This document shows, in pieces, positions 1 through 12,369 of a DNA stretch of 64,000 bases. The notes beneath the pieces are model-generated. The model was given only the letters and a program-made list of their open reading frames with translations, did not search any database and was not told the origin of the DNA. The stretch covers positions 744,001 through 808,000 of the forward strand of contig AP026129.1 in assembly GCA_030295235.1 (NCBI GenBank), written 5' to 3'. The stretch is from Fistulifera solaris (lineage: Eukaryota). Both the position numbers and the translations under genes were made by a program. Position 1 is the first letter of the stretch. Every line of letters starts with the position of its first letter.

Positions 1-236
1 TTCCGTTGCCATGCAGTCACTGACTGTAGTCCTTAAAGTAGTCTTGGCACCTAAGTCCAACGTGATTGAAAGGACGACGACGACTCCTCTCCTCGGGAAC
101 CAAATTCCTTCCGATTATACCTGGTAAAAATGTCTTCCGCCTCGTCGTTGGAAAAAAATTCTTTGATTGCCGAAATTGTTCCTTCGGAGGATGATGACGG
201 AGATGATAATTCTTCTCTATCAGAAATATCAATCAA
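1..236 (-). CDS. Partial hypothetical protein running off the window edge
   Basis: Acidic/Ser-rich coding-like frames (IDISDREELSSPSSSSEG...EFFSNDEAEDIF); no motif recognised; start and frame continuity unclear. Confidence 0.25.
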
Positions 237-558
237 TCAGAGCGCACAAATAGTAACCTCTTCATCTGTTATTTTCTACGTCGAAAATCCTCCCCGATGC
301 TGCACTTCAATCTAGTATATCCCCAAAGTGTAGGCTTGACTTCGGCACGACTGGATATCAGTCACGAGAAACGCGATTTTTGGAACGTTGTTGTACCTGG
401 TAGTGGTTTAATTTATTTATTCATTAATGATTGATTAGAATTCCTTGCTACTTCAATTGCTATCGCCTGCTCGCTTTCCATCTGACTTTATTTTAATAGT
501 TTTTACTCCACGGCTGAACCGGCAATAACAATCGATCCGAACGAGCACTCTAAAAAGA

Positions 559-759
559 ATGGCACCCACATTTACATCGCAATCACAACCACCAAACAAG
601 CTGAGAGACGGGCCGTGTGCCGAAATATACAACAAACTAGAAGCTTGTCGACAGAGAGTTGCCGCGAAATCTCCTCAACAAGCGCTTACGTTATGTGTCA
701 ATGAAACAGATCAACTGATCCAGTGCGTTCATAAACATCCCGCCTATTTCCAGCAATAA
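559..759 (+). CDS. Small twin CX9C (CHCH-like) mitochondrial intermembrane-space protein
   Basis: 66 aa with two CX9C motifs: CAEIYNKLEAC and CVNETDQLIQC. Confidence 0.7.
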   Translation: MAPTFTSQSQPPNKLRDGPCAEIYNKLEACRQRVAAKSPQQALTLCVNETDQLIQCVHKHPAYFQQ

Positions 760-786
760 AGGATAGCATGTTATGATGTTAACTTA

Positions 787-2276
787 CTACAATTTACTTA
801 ATGCGGCTGCCGACTCTAACATATTCACTTCTTCGGTATCCAATGTCCAACCCAGACAGCCCAAGACTTCTTTGGCCTGAGTGGGACTATTGACTTCGGG
901 CAAAGGAACACCACCTTTGGCAATGACGTAATTGAGTGCTACTTGTGTCGTGGTAATATCCGTGTTGATCTGAGGCGGTGGGCCGTACTTGCTTTTAAAT
1001 CGTTCTTGGGTGTCTCTCATGTTTCGAATCACTCTCGTCCGAACCCTCTCAGCCACTGTTTCCAGTACGCTATGGACCGCTTGGTACTTTTCGAGCTCTT
1101 TGAACGTGTACTTTTTGTTGCTGCTCGACAAGGAAAGGACTCCTCTTCCGCCACCGGTCGGATTCATGGCGGTGAAAATACCACTCGCCAAACCATGGTC
1201 GAGGGGGGTTCGTGATAAGAGGAATCACATTGAATTCTTTGCAAATATCAATCAAGGCTTCATTTTTCCTATTTGTCAAGGAAAATTCAAAGGCATTGCT
1301 CGTGAGACTGTAGTCCGCCGCCGCCAACTGATTGCACAATTTACGAATCTTGTGTCCCTTCGTGACGCCGACGACACCGACCGCATTCGCTTGACCGGAT
1401 TCGAGAACGGAAATGAGTCCTTTGGACAATGCACTGGTACTACTGTACCACGAGTAAGGAACTTGCAAGAGCTCAATGGTAGGTAAATCACCGAGTTTCG
1501 TCAGCGACTTTTCCAATGAATTCACCATGGCCTTTTCTGTCGTCACCACTGTATTCATGGAAAGTGTGGCGAGTATGGTTTGTAACGTATTTCCGGAGTA
1601 AGTTTCCGCAATCTGACATTCCGGAACACTTTCGGGTCGTTCAGCCAAACAGCGTTTCAATATATCATGCGCACTCATCGTCCCCCCGTACGAGGCGGAA
1701 GTCTCTACGAACGTAATGCCCGAAGCGAGTAATTCATTGTACGCCAATTGAATATCACCCGGCACAAACAAACCCGACTTGATGGCCCGTTTGGTCAATT
1801 TTCCGTTGGCGACAAAATTTCGTTTCGGATCTCCCCACGCGATGGTCGTAATGCCCAGACGATTGGGGATATGAAAGTCATTTTCGTCCTCATAATCTGC
1901 CATGTAGTCGACAATCGGGGTCTCGTATTTTTGTTTCGAGACATCTTTGTCTTTTTTCTTTCTTGTCGTCGGTATCTTCTTTCGTAGGGGTTTTTTTATT
2001 GCGAACGGGTCGTTCCGTTTTGAAGGCTGGCAAATTGCTGAGATCCAAATCGACCGTAGGTTCCTCCGGTAGCGGAGTTTCTTCCTGTTTCCGCTGTCGC
2101 TTGATTTGATTGCGTTTTCCAATTAGTTTCGAGACCTCATCATCATCATCATCATTTGGTGTACTACTACTGAATCGAACGGTGGTCGGTCGTGTCGAGG
2201 GCGCCCACATTACAAACGCACGATGGCTCGGTGCTAACAAAAGTAGGAAGACCCCGATGGTGATGGGTCGGAACAT
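787..2276 (-). CDS. Plastid-targeted aldo/keto reductase family protein (split over 3 ORFs by two frameshifts)
   Basis: Signal peptide plus RAF (MFRPITIGVFLLLLAPSHRAF); AKR-like motifs RLGITTIAWG, GITFVETSASYG, SLEKSLTKLG, AVGVVG, QVALNYVIAKGGVPLP, LGCLGWTL; frame switches near homopolymers at ~1986-1997 and ~1203-1208. Confidence 0.8.
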
Positions 2277-3332
2277 TTTTTAAAAGAAATTGTTATTACT
2301 GTTTAATACTTGTGAATGAGTGGACCCGGGGCAATGGTTGGATGGGAAATGAGAATGGCCGTTTTTGTGAAGGTGTTCATTCATTCATGAGAAAATAAAA
2401 CAAATAGGTCGCCGACGATTGGAGAGAGATCGCGAGGAGTTTGACGTTGTTGAAAAGACGATCCGATTGTGATGTGTGCGCGAGGAAGCGAACGGCAGGC
2501 ATGGCAGACGGATCCCATAAAGCTCGGCTCGGCTCGGGAATGAAACGGTTCGTGAAGAATACTTTGTGATGATAAGGTTAGGGGTTAGGGTATTTTTAGG
2601 AAATCACAGCGTCATGGCCTTGGAGACAGCGACCGGATGGGTGGCACTATGGGACAAAGAGAACCTAGGTGACACCAACTTTCTGGAGCCTGCCAGCGAA
2701 CCCCAAAAGAATGCCGCGAAGATGATCTTTCGTTCAGGAGTATAAGCTCGGACTGTAGAGTAGACAGAAGGAAGCCTTCGTAACGGTACTGAACCGTCGA
2801 TCTGCCATCACAATCCCACCGCGAAAAAAGGAGAAGATTTTTTGACCTCGGAACGATTGCATCACAGATCCTTCTCCTTCCGTCATAATAAACCATCACA
2901 TCGGACGAGAAAGGTTGCTTTGCCTTTTGTTTGTCCTTGAATTGAAAGCGTTTAGTTCCTCTCTAGGTGAGTTGCTGTATGAGTTTTCTTGCTTGTTGCG
3001 CGGGAAGTTGTCTGTCAGAAGAGAAGTCTCTCGATTGTGTTGTCGATGCGCATCGGATCCATCATGATGGGATCGTGACGCGATAGCGTACAGCCTGTTC
3101 CAAGGATTGATCTTAAAATCGAAGGTCTTTTCCTTGAAAGGATGAATACACATCTGTTGTCCTTGTGAAGACAAGGCATAGCTTGTCCTGATCGTCCGAT
3201 AATTTACTGTCAATGGTCGTCGTTGCTCACTGGACCGACGGCGTGTGGTGATTGCAGACATTTCATGGTCTCACAATGTCATCTTTGCCCTCTTGCAGTG
3301 TTTTTGAACTTCATTGACTAGAATATTCTATC

Positions 3333-5753
3333 ATGTATTCCAAAAGACGTTTCAGCCGGTCGCCAAGCGCGTCCAGCAACGTGGCATTTTGGGTGTGAGC
3401 AATTGGCTCGACAAGAAATTATATCGTGCGGCCAAGGGACTCATGCCGGCGATTTCCAAAACAGAACAAGTGGCCTTGGGATGTGGTACCATTGGTTTTG
3501 ATCGAGATATCTTTACTGGATCTCCTTCGTTGAAAAAGCTCGTCGATACCTACCAGCCAAAATTGAGTGCCGAAGAAAAGGCGTTCCTCGACAATCAAGT
3601 CAACACATTGTGTGCCATGTTGAATGATCATGAGGTTGTCACAAAGAAAGATTTCTCCAAGGAAGCGTGGGATTACATGCGAAATGAAAAATTCTTTGCC
3701 ATGAAAATCCCCAAAGAATTTGGTGGATTGCAGTTTTCGACCCATGCCGTTTCCCAAATTCTGGCCAAGTTGGCGACGCAATGTTTCGATGCCAACGCGA
3801 CCGTGGCCGTGCCCAACTCGTTGGGACCGGGTGAACTGCTCGCTCGTTATGGTACACCGGAACAGAAAGACTATTTCTTGCCGCGTTTGGCGGATGGGAC
3901 TTTGATTCCTTGCTTTGGATTGACCGGTCCTCACTCGGGAAGTGATGCGACCTCGCTCATTCAAAGTGACTGTGTGGTAGAAGAGCGTAACGGAGTGTTG
4001 GGTGTTGTGGCAAACTTCAAGAAGCGATACATCACTCTAGCTCCCGTGGCTGGACTGGTTGGTCTTGGATTGAATTTGCATGATCCGAAAGGTTTGTTGA
4101 AAGGAAATGGTGCGGAGGGCTTTACGGTGGCTTTGCTCGAACGCAACCACCCCGGTCTTCGCATGGGACCGCGACACTACCCGTTGAATGCTGCCTTTAT
4201 GAATGGTACAGTGGAAGGAGAAGACGTTTGGATCCCCATGTCGAGCATTCTTGGAGGACAAGAACGTTGCGGATTTGGCTGGCACATGTTCGTCGAATGC
4301 TTGGCAGAAGGACGTGGCGTTTCTTTGCCGGCTGGATCTGCGGGTGCAGCCCGTGCGGTCATTAGCGGTGTCGGTGCCTACACGCGAGCGCGAAAACAGT
4401 TCCGTGTCCCCATTGCCGAATTTGGAGGTATTCAAGAAGGTAGGTTCTTTCGATTGTTGACAAGAGTGTGCTGGGTATGAACGACGAGGCTCACGCTTTT
4501 TGTGACAATTAGCCATGGCGTTATCTGCTAGTGACGGAGTCATGACTATTGCTGGTTGTGACTTGATGAATGCGATTGTTGACAATCATGAAGCACCCAT
4601 GGTGGTTTCTTCGATCATGAAGCAAAATTGCACAGAACGAGGTCGTCGAATCGTCGAGCGTGGTATGGACGTTGCTGCAGGATCCGCTATCTGCCGTGGT
4701 GACAAAAACTATCTAGCCAACGCTTACATGAGTCTTCCCATCGCCATCACGGTGGAGGGCGCCAACATTATGACTCGTTCATTCCAGATTATCGGTCAAG
4801 GTTTGACTCGTTGTCATCCGCACATGTTGGAAATGATTCAGTCATTGCAGATGCCCCAATCGGAAGAAAAGGAAGCCATCAAAATTTTTACCAAGCAATT
4901 CTACAAGACGGTGGGGCATGCGTTCAGCAACTTCACTTCATCCGTCGGTCGTGGTTTAAACTCTACTGTTTCCACCGGTTTTCGCTCGAAGACTGCTTAC
5001 AAGGACGGAAGCAAGCTTCTTGACTACCACGAGAAGCAGCTTCTTCGTTTATCTGCGAACTTTGCCTACACTGCCAACCTTTGCTTCATGCTAGGCGGCA
5101 AGCTAAAGTTCGAGGAGCTTCTCATGGGCCGTTTGGCCGATGCTTTGGGTGCGATTTTCTTGGGATACGCAACCTTGCATCATTACTCGCGTAGACGTGG
5201 TATTGAAGGCTTGGAAGCCGTGACTGAGCACGCCATGCTCCGTTTGGAGTACGAAGCGCAACAGGCTTTGTTGCAGGCGTCCAACAACTTTCCCGGTCCG
5301 CTTGCTCCTATCGTGAAGCCCCTGATGAAGCTCGGTTGCTTCCCTCTTGGAAATTTGACGCGTCCTTACGCTGAACCAAGTGATACTTTGACCAAGGAGG
5401 TTTCGCGACTAGTCACAACACCGTCTGGCTTGCGCGACTTTTTCGAGGAAGGCATCTACATGTCAGAAGAGGGTGTTCCTCATCAGATTTCGGATTTGAT
5501 TCGTGCCTTGCCTGTTTGCGTTCAGGCGGATCAGATCGCTTCTACTTTGCGTCGTGAGAAGAGACAGCCAACATCTGAGGAGACCGATATCTTGTCTCGC
5601 GCCGAGGCCTTGCGTGATGTGCTCATTCAAGTCGATGTCTTTGATCACTTGACCGAAGCTGAAGGTCAGAAGGGCTACACGAGACCGGCCTTGGCCGGAA
5701 CCGCCGAGCGTTTGTCAGCCTTGGATCGCAAGTCCTTTCAAGAGGTGGCCTAA
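3333..5753 (+). CDS. Acyl-CoA dehydrogenase (FadE-type), 2 exons
   Basis: Motifs VPNSLGPGELL, PCFGLTGPHSGSDA, KRYITLAPVA, RKQFRVPIAEFGGIQE, ITVEGANIMTRS; intron 4440-4512 (GT...AG) joins IQE-A-MAL; likely ATG at 3333 (MYSKTFQPVAKR) requires one fewer A in an AAAA run. Confidence 0.9.
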
Positions 5754-5920
5754 ACAAATGGCTATTGCAGTGACACAGTGAAGAAGGATATCGTACACTT
5801 ATAAAGAACAATTAGTACCGTTTTATTATGTCTAGGGTATCTTGTTGCGGCGGCCTCTTTAGGAAATTAGGTCGATTGAAGAAAGGGTGATGAGCCGCTT
5901 ACATAATCGCATACTGGTTT

Positions 5921-6490
5921 CTATTTCCGTGCAAACTTGTTCATAAAAGCTCTCATTTCTTCCAAGCTCTCGTCTTGCTGACTACATAAACCACGGCATT
6001 GATTCGGGTCGATATTCGTACTCGGAGGTGTCAGTATTTCGGCCGTGCTCTGTTGCACCGCATCGACAAAGACATCCTTTGATTGGACAAGGACTACGAT
6101 ACTGGTAATCAATCCCAATACCGCAAAGGCAGCTACGGGCAAAAAGACAAAAAACGATCGATCGAGTGCGAGCTCTCCCATGAGAGGGACAGTGACTTTG
6201 GGGGCGTTGGGATCGTATGTGGGGTCATTGTTGCGTGTGACACTGATCAGCAACGGATCCAATTTGGCTGGTCTTGTGCGTGGTGTGCTGTTCTGTTCAC
6301 TGATAATTTCCTTCTTATCGTCGTAATCTTGTGGAATTGAGTCGGCCGATGATTGGTCGGATAATGACAAAATTGTTCTACTAAATGAAGGGCGATGAGT
6401 CCAAGAAGTGGGCGATCGAGCTGTAAAGGCAGACGTGAAGCACCAACATTGCGAGCAGAAGAAAATCACTGCCCCAGTATAAGGTCGCAT
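5921..6490 (-). CDS. Hypothetical plastid-targeted membrane protein
   Basis: Signal peptide ending TSAF followed by a Ser/Thr/Arg-rich transit-like stretch; one long hydrophobic segment (FFVFLPVAAFAVLGLITSIVVLV); C-terminal CRGLC. Confidence 0.65.
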   Translation of the reverse strand: MRPYTGAVIFFCSQCWCFTSAFTARSPTSWTHRPSFSRTILSLSDQSSADSIPQDYDDKKEIISEQNSTPRTRPAKLDPLLISVTRNNDPTYDPNAPKVTVPLMGELALDRSFFVFLPVAAFAVLGLITSIVVLVQSKDVFVDAVQQSTAEILTPPSTNIDPNQCRGLCSQQDESLEEMRAFMNKFARK

Positions 6491-6928
6491 GATTCGAAAT
6501 CGTTTAGTTTATTCCTTAGAAACACTTTCGTCTTTGACTGATTAGACTCAATAATAGCAAAGATACAAGAGCATAAATATTCATGAAACAATCGGGCAGC
6601 TGTCCCTTCAATAATTGTTGTCACTGCGTTCTTCGATACAAAGTACGGTTTCGGCTTCAAGGTGGAGTTTCGCAGTTGACGTCACCATACTGACACGTCT
6701 TGTCATGTATACCGGTAAGATGTCATCTCTATCCAGAATGATAAGCATTCATTCACGATTTCCATTAAACGGTGTCCGACTCGATGACATCCATCCAACA
6801 AAAACAACGCATTTCGAATTTTCCGCCAGAACATCGAACGAATGAATAGAAGAAGGAATAGAAAAGTCTATTGTTGATCATTCACTGAATCACTCGGTTC
6901 ATCCAACAGCTTAGCATAGCAGTAACGA

Positions 6929-8242
6929 ATGCGACAACCAGGTCGATACACGTCGTCACTGACGCGATGGATTTGCTTCGCCTTTCTACTAACTTTCACT
7001 TCGGGATTCTTGTTTCTGTTTCCGACACGAAAGTCATCGACAAGTCGACTGCGTCTATCTTCGAGCAATAAGGCCGTCCCCGTACAAAGAACACCGTGTG
7101 TCACAGGAGTCGCTCCCCGAGACGGTCCCTTGAATGAAGCCGTCGCCCGGATATTAAACATGGATTCGTTCGAAAAGGCCAATGAACTCATTGAGATAGG
7201 TGCCGTATGGGCAAGGATGGAGGGTCTTTCCGAAGACGACTTGTTGGCGCAGTACGACGAAGGCACGTCTTCTTCACGTGCACTCTATGCGGACATTGCC
7301 CCCTTTCCCGACGACGATGATGTAGATTTGGAGACGTACATCGAACAAATGGAATCGCAACGATTCCGACGCATCTTGACTCCCAGTCATATTCAAGCTG
7401 GAACAGATTTACGAATATATCCGGAACCGCGTCGTTTTCCGGCGTATTATAATGTGACGCGTGATTGTTTGTTGTACGAAGACACGACGTTTCTTGTCGT
7501 GGATAAGCCTCCCATGTTACCCACACAACCGGATGCATCCAATTACTTTGAGTGCTTACCGGGTGCAGTTCAAGATTTGCTGGGACCGTTTTACAATATA
7601 ATGGGTGAGGAAATCAATAGACCTCTTCTTTGTCATCGTGTTGATGCTCCCGTTGGAGGTTGTGTGGTCCTCAGCAAGGATAGAAATGGTCAGCAAGTAT
7701 TTTCAAATTTTCAGCGTGATCGGGCTTTGCGCAAGGTATATCTCACTCTTACACGGCAACCTGTTCCTCTGGGGATGCACATACACTGGATGTGGGCACC
7801 ACAATCTGCTCGCGGCGCTTCCGGAGGACCGGCATGTCAGGTGATCCGCCACGCTCCGCCCGAATCTCGTCGAAAAGCACGTGAGTATTGGAATCGCTGT
7901 GTATTGGAAGTCGTCAAGTGCGATCCGATTGTCGTGCCCGGGGAAGAAGGTACTCTGTATCAAAGCACCGTTCGTCTCGTCACTGGTCGCAAGCATCAAA
8001 TTCGCGCTCAATTGGCCAGTTTGGGTGCACCTATTTTGCATGATACATTGTACGAACCCATGGCGTCTTTGACTTTGGATGTTTTAGAAACAAATGATGA
8101 TCTACTGGACGAAGCCATTGGCAAATGCCGTGCACCGGTGCGTCCGATTGGTCTGCAAGCGCATGCGGTTCTGTTCGGGGGTATTCGAGTGAAAGCCCGT
8201 CCTCCTTGGTGGCAGAGAGCCGGCAATGGTCAAGTTGTTTGA
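6929..8242 (+). CDS. RluA-family RNA pseudouridine synthase, plastid-targeted
   Basis: LLYEDTTFLVVDKPPMLP, catalytic-type CHRVD...GCVVLSK, KVYLTL, LVTGRKHQIRAQLASLGAPILHDTLY, GLQAH; N-terminal signal peptide. Confidence 0.88.
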   Translation: MRQPGRYTSSLTRWICFAFLLTFTSGFLFLFPTRKSSTSRLRLSSSNKAVPVQRTPCVTGVAPRDGPLNEAVARILNMDSFEKANELIEIGAVWARMEGLSEDDLLAQYDEGTSSSRALYADIAPFPDDDDVDLETYIEQMESQRFRRILTPSHIQAGTDLRIYPEPRRFPAYYNVTRDCLLYEDTTFLVVDKPPMLPTQPDASNYFECLPGAVQDLLGPFYNIMGEEINRPLLCHRVDAPVGGCVVLSKDRNGQQVFSNFQRDRALRKVYLTLTRQPVPLGMHIHWMWAPQSARGASGGPACQVIRHAPPESRRKAREYWNRCVLEVVKCDPIVVPGEEGTLYQSTVRLVTGRKHQIRAQLASLGAPILHDTLYEPMASLTLDVLETNDDLLDEAIGKCRAPVRPIGLQAHAVLFGGIRVKARPPWWQRAGNGQVV

Positions 8243-8524
8243 TAATTCGATGATAGGATTGTTCGAATCAAGGCGGAAGGCATTTTCCGCTTTCTTGGTT
8301 GCGGACAGAACTCCAGCACTGTTAGTTGATTTTTATGGTTCTACCTGAATTGAACAATATTGAAAGTAGTCGAATTCACTCGACTTCATTGAATACCGCG
8401 TGTTTTTCTTACTTTACTCTATGTTTGTAAAAACTAAGCAGTCTTTTGTGTGTGTTCACTAGGCACTATTTCCCATGCACATTCTCACAATTCTGACGTC
8501 CGAGCATTTGCGGGTGCAATAGAT

Positions 8525-9268
8525 TTATGTATCTTTCTTTGAAACTTTTTCAAGTTGGTTCACAAAAGTATAGCAAGAAAACAGAACAAACAGCTTTCGA
8601 TACCAAACCCATTGTGAAGCATGAGAAGCCATAGCTATCCAGTTCAAGCCAGGGGTATGCAGTCGATAGATATGACACCGTGTTTCGTCCTCAATTGCCT
8701 GAACCGCTGGTAAGAAACCGAACCAGTGCAACACAACTAGACACCAGCTATATATAGGTATATACTTGATGGTTGGATTGCGAACACTTTTCAAGGACCA
8801 CACTTCCAAAGGTAATTCTGTGTTATGCATTAGTGCTTGCGTCGCTCGGAAAGTGTCACGATGATTGATGTGTCCCGATACTCCGAACGAATCAAAGGTT
8901 ATTACGTGTAATTTCTGTTCATTCGACGACAAAACTTGCCGCAAATACGTTTCAATGATACGGACAGCGTGCTCTAAAGGCCAAGATTGTGTCGGGTGAT
9001 CTTTTAACAGTGGATCATCGATCAAGCGGACGTTTTGAATATCTAGAATTTCATGACAAGTCTTTTGCAGTTCTCGCGAACGAGTCTTCCCTAATCCGTC
9101 ATAATCTCCCGTAGTCAAGCAAATAAGTCGAAGATCGCAACCTTTGTCTTGCAAACATCGAATTGTGGGTAGAAAGAACATGCTCTCGTCGTCGGGATGA
9201 GCCGTCACAAGGACATAGACGTCGCACGCAACTACATTTGCAGTCATTCTTCTTCGTTTGCGACTCAT
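8525..9268 (-). CDS. PIGL: N-acetylglucosaminyl-phosphatidylinositol de-N-acetylase
   Basis: AHPDDESMFF, GLGKTRSREL, ITFDSFGVSGHINH, AMASHASQWVWYRKLFVLFS.YTFVN. Confidence 0.92.
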   Translation of the reverse strand: MSRKRRRMTANVVACDVYVLVTAHPDDESMFFLPTIRCLQDKGCDLRLICLTTGDYDGLGKTRSRELQKTCHEILDIQNVRLIDDPLLKDHPTQSWPLEHAVRIIETYLRQVLSSNEQKLHVITFDSFGVSGHINHRDTFRATQALMHNTELPLEVWSLKSVRNPTIKYIPIYSWCLVVLHWFGFLPAVQAIEDETRCHIYRLHTPGLNWIAMASHASQWVWYRKLFVLFSCYTFVNQLEKVSKKDT

Positions 9269-9905
9269 GTCTCTCGAGTCAGCAAATCACTGTTACGGCT
9301 GCGTTCTATTTGTCTCAGAAGTTCTCGATGAGTTGAATGTAAAATGGTCTCGAGGATTCTATTCACTCCGGCTCTTGCCCTCTCGCTCTCGCATCATCGT
9401 GGATGTTTTTTTTTTCTTTTCCATAATTTTCCTTGCTATTATTGCCTTGCAAAACAATACGGATTTCACTTAATGAAACGACACGAAATGTCACGGATTG
9501 TATTGATCAATGGAAAACTACTTCTTTACTATAATCAAGCATGTAGTCTGGTATCCATAATCGAACACTGGGATCGATTGATCTTACTAAGGTTATCCAA
9601 CTTTTATGAAGATAACCTTAATCCACTGAATGAAAGTAGTTGCCCCTTACGGGTTACCCTCAACACCATCGACAATATAGTGAAGAGGCGGTTTTAGTCT
9701 GATAAACATAATCCATGAAAGTTCATGTCGCTTAAATAAGTAGAACGTGCGGAGTAACATTTTGCAAGGCGATGGGGTGAAAAAAGTTCTTTACGGAGTA
9801 CTTTATTCTTCGAAAAAATTCTGCGCCTCATTCGTTTCTTCCGAGACGATGAACGGAAGTCAATGTTTCTTTCCTGTGATCAACCATTAGTTACTCTCTA
9901 CCATC

Positions 9906-10703
9906 ATGGCTGAACACCAGAAGGTGCATAGCGCCGCTCTACAGTGTCTTGCGGTCTGGATGGGCAAGGGATACAGTTCCGCGGAAAAATGCCTCCATGC
10001 CGAAGCGCTTGTTCTTCGGGTAGAAAGTAACGGAACACACGCCAGTCAAGCGGGTCAGGAATTTCGATTCTATATCGATGATTCTTCATTAAAGTTCCAT
10101 GTCACCAAGATACAGATTGTGCCCGTGGGAAATCAAAGTTTGGCTGCCGCACTCGTGACCAGTTTAAAGTATTGTGGATGGATTATTCTATTGAATATGG
10201 GAGATCAGTGGCAATGTATATCAGCGACGTTTTCACCTCCAGCTGTTTGTATGACACCTCAAGATTATCAAGATGTGATTTAACTCACGTGGGATGGATA
10301 CAGTCGAGCGAATCGAATGTGTGACGGTGAAAAAATGGCTACCGTGTTTCATCCCATGTGTCGTTTGACCGAAGCCACCGACGTTTCTAACGGTACATCC
10401 ACAACGAGGTCTCTTTTTCGCAAGAATCAAACCGAGTTTTGTGAATTAGTCACGAAGCGTTACGACGATCCGACAAGTCGGCACTATCCTTTCCGACGTA
10501 TGAAAAACGATTTGTCTCTCCTCTCGCAATATGATTCCTTGCTAAGCATCGATTTTGCGACCGATCGCGTAGCGCTGGTTACGCTACGAATAGGTCACCC
10601 ACCTTGTTTGTGGACGGACTACCTCACCGTGGCGAAATTATCCTCTCGATGGTGGATTGTGCACAAATCGTCTTGTTCCGAACCCTTTCCGGAAGTGAAG
10701 TAA
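9906..10703 (+). pseudogene. NTF2/SnoaL-like ('putative lumazine-binding') double-domain protein interrupted by one in-frame TAA
   Basis: ORFs 9906-10283 and 10317-10703 share a frame; C-terminal half shows GY..AN..CDGEKMATVFHP, SIDF...ALVTLRIG, WTDYLTVAKL..RWWIVHK; N-terminal half looks like a degenerate copy (CLHAEA...WQCIS). Confidence 0.6.
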
Positions 10704-10956
10704 CTGTCGGACCGAAAACTAGCGCTGAGTTTTACAGAGAAAGAAAGTGATTAAAGAATGAAAGAAAAGGTTTTACAATATAAAGGTTTTCCCTCAAGCC
10801 ATTTCTCTTTGATTATTCTAGGGGTGAATGGAGCTTGGCCTTTCTGTTTCCTTCAAGAGTTAAAGATAGCTAGCTTATTGAAAAGGATGAGATGTTCCTT
10901 TTCGGTTTGCAACATTGCGAACAGTATCAGTGATGTTTGCTCGCAATGATACTTTC

Positions 10957-11624
10957 TTAAAACAAGCCAAAGAATGTCTTCTTACTGGCTTCCGCTTTCA
11001 TATTCTCCAACTCTTGATTCGATTTCAGCAACGCTTCTTCCAGTCTCTTGTTCAATTCCGCCAATTGCGCCTTTTCGATACGAACTTGACTCAACTGCGC
11101 TTCTTTATCTGTCGACTGTGCCACTATACCCAATCCATCCATAGCTTTTCCGACTTCAACTTGTCCGTTTGAATGGCCAAACGAAAGTTGTAGTCGGTGC
11201 GAATTTTGTCCTTGGCTTTTTCGAGTTCATCTCGCATCTGATTGTCGTAGCGTTTCTTAAACCGCGTCGTTTGTGCTTCGTACTCTTGATCCATTTCAAA
11301 CAATTTATCTTCCAGTTGCGTCATTTTCTGTTGAGTTTCAAGACGCGTTTCATTGAGTGCGATTTGCGATTCGAGCAACGCCTTTTCTAGTTCTTGAATG
11401 CGAGGTTGTTGGGAGAAGGCGCCCGCCACCGCCGAAGCGGCGGCGACGACGCCCATTTGAATGACGGGTATTCCGGCAGTAATGAGTTCGGGGTCCATGC
11501 CGGACTGGAGTTGGGTACGAGTGTGCGGAATGACAGGGGAAAGAAACGCCAGTGCTGGTAATAAGTGAATCATCATCAAGAAAAGGCAGGATAGCGGAAG
11601 CGGAGAAAGCCGAAGGGAGGGCAT
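10957..11624 (-). CDS. Plastid-targeted coiled-coil membrane protein (one frameshift near 11125-11140)
   Basis: Signal peptide ending ALAF, hydrophobic segment GVVAAASAVAGAF, long E/Q/K-rich coiled coil continuing into ORF 10957-11142, which ends KKTFFGLF. Confidence 0.65.
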
Positions 11625-12369
11625 GGTGAAATAGAGTGTGTGCTTGAGCCGATGAAAGATTGTTTGACAAAGATTGGTGCATTGCTTTGCCTCTAAAATG
11701 AATGATGAAGAATGAGGGCCAAAATCGAATGAAATCATGATCTTGACTCAAAGTAGACGAATCCATCGCGCAGGCGCGCGGTTCAACAAGCCATCCACTC
11801 CTCGAAAAAACCCTTCATCATGTAAATTTACATTCGACATAACATTTCATTTCTTTAACCATAGATGCCATAGTAGGATAGATAGCATTTGCACCTAATT
11901 GTTAGTTAAAAATGACTTGTTTCGTCGATAATTGTCCCTTATGGAGCCGACCACCTTAACTGTAGCTCAGAGTGTTGGTGTGATCATTTCATGACTGGAT
12001 ATAAGTCATGAGACGAATCTCGAAAGCGCTTGTAAAGATACCGTACCGGTACTTGTACCGATACCGGTACCTGGTACACGAGCAACGACCGTGATGTTGC
12101 AAAACCATCAACACGAAAATGATGCCAATGGAGGAGTCGTCCTCATCGTAATAAAAAAAGACTCCCGCAAGAGTTCTTTCTTTGATGAAGTGTGATACGC
12201 AAGACTATCAATTTGTACAAATGATGCGCAACAGGCGAGTTGCAATGGCCGATCGAAACACACTTTCGAAAAACCGTCCCATCAGGATGGTAACGATGAC
12301 AAAACGAAACACAAATGTGCTCACAAAAATTTGAGAAATATTCATTACTTTCCAAAAATCAAAACAATC

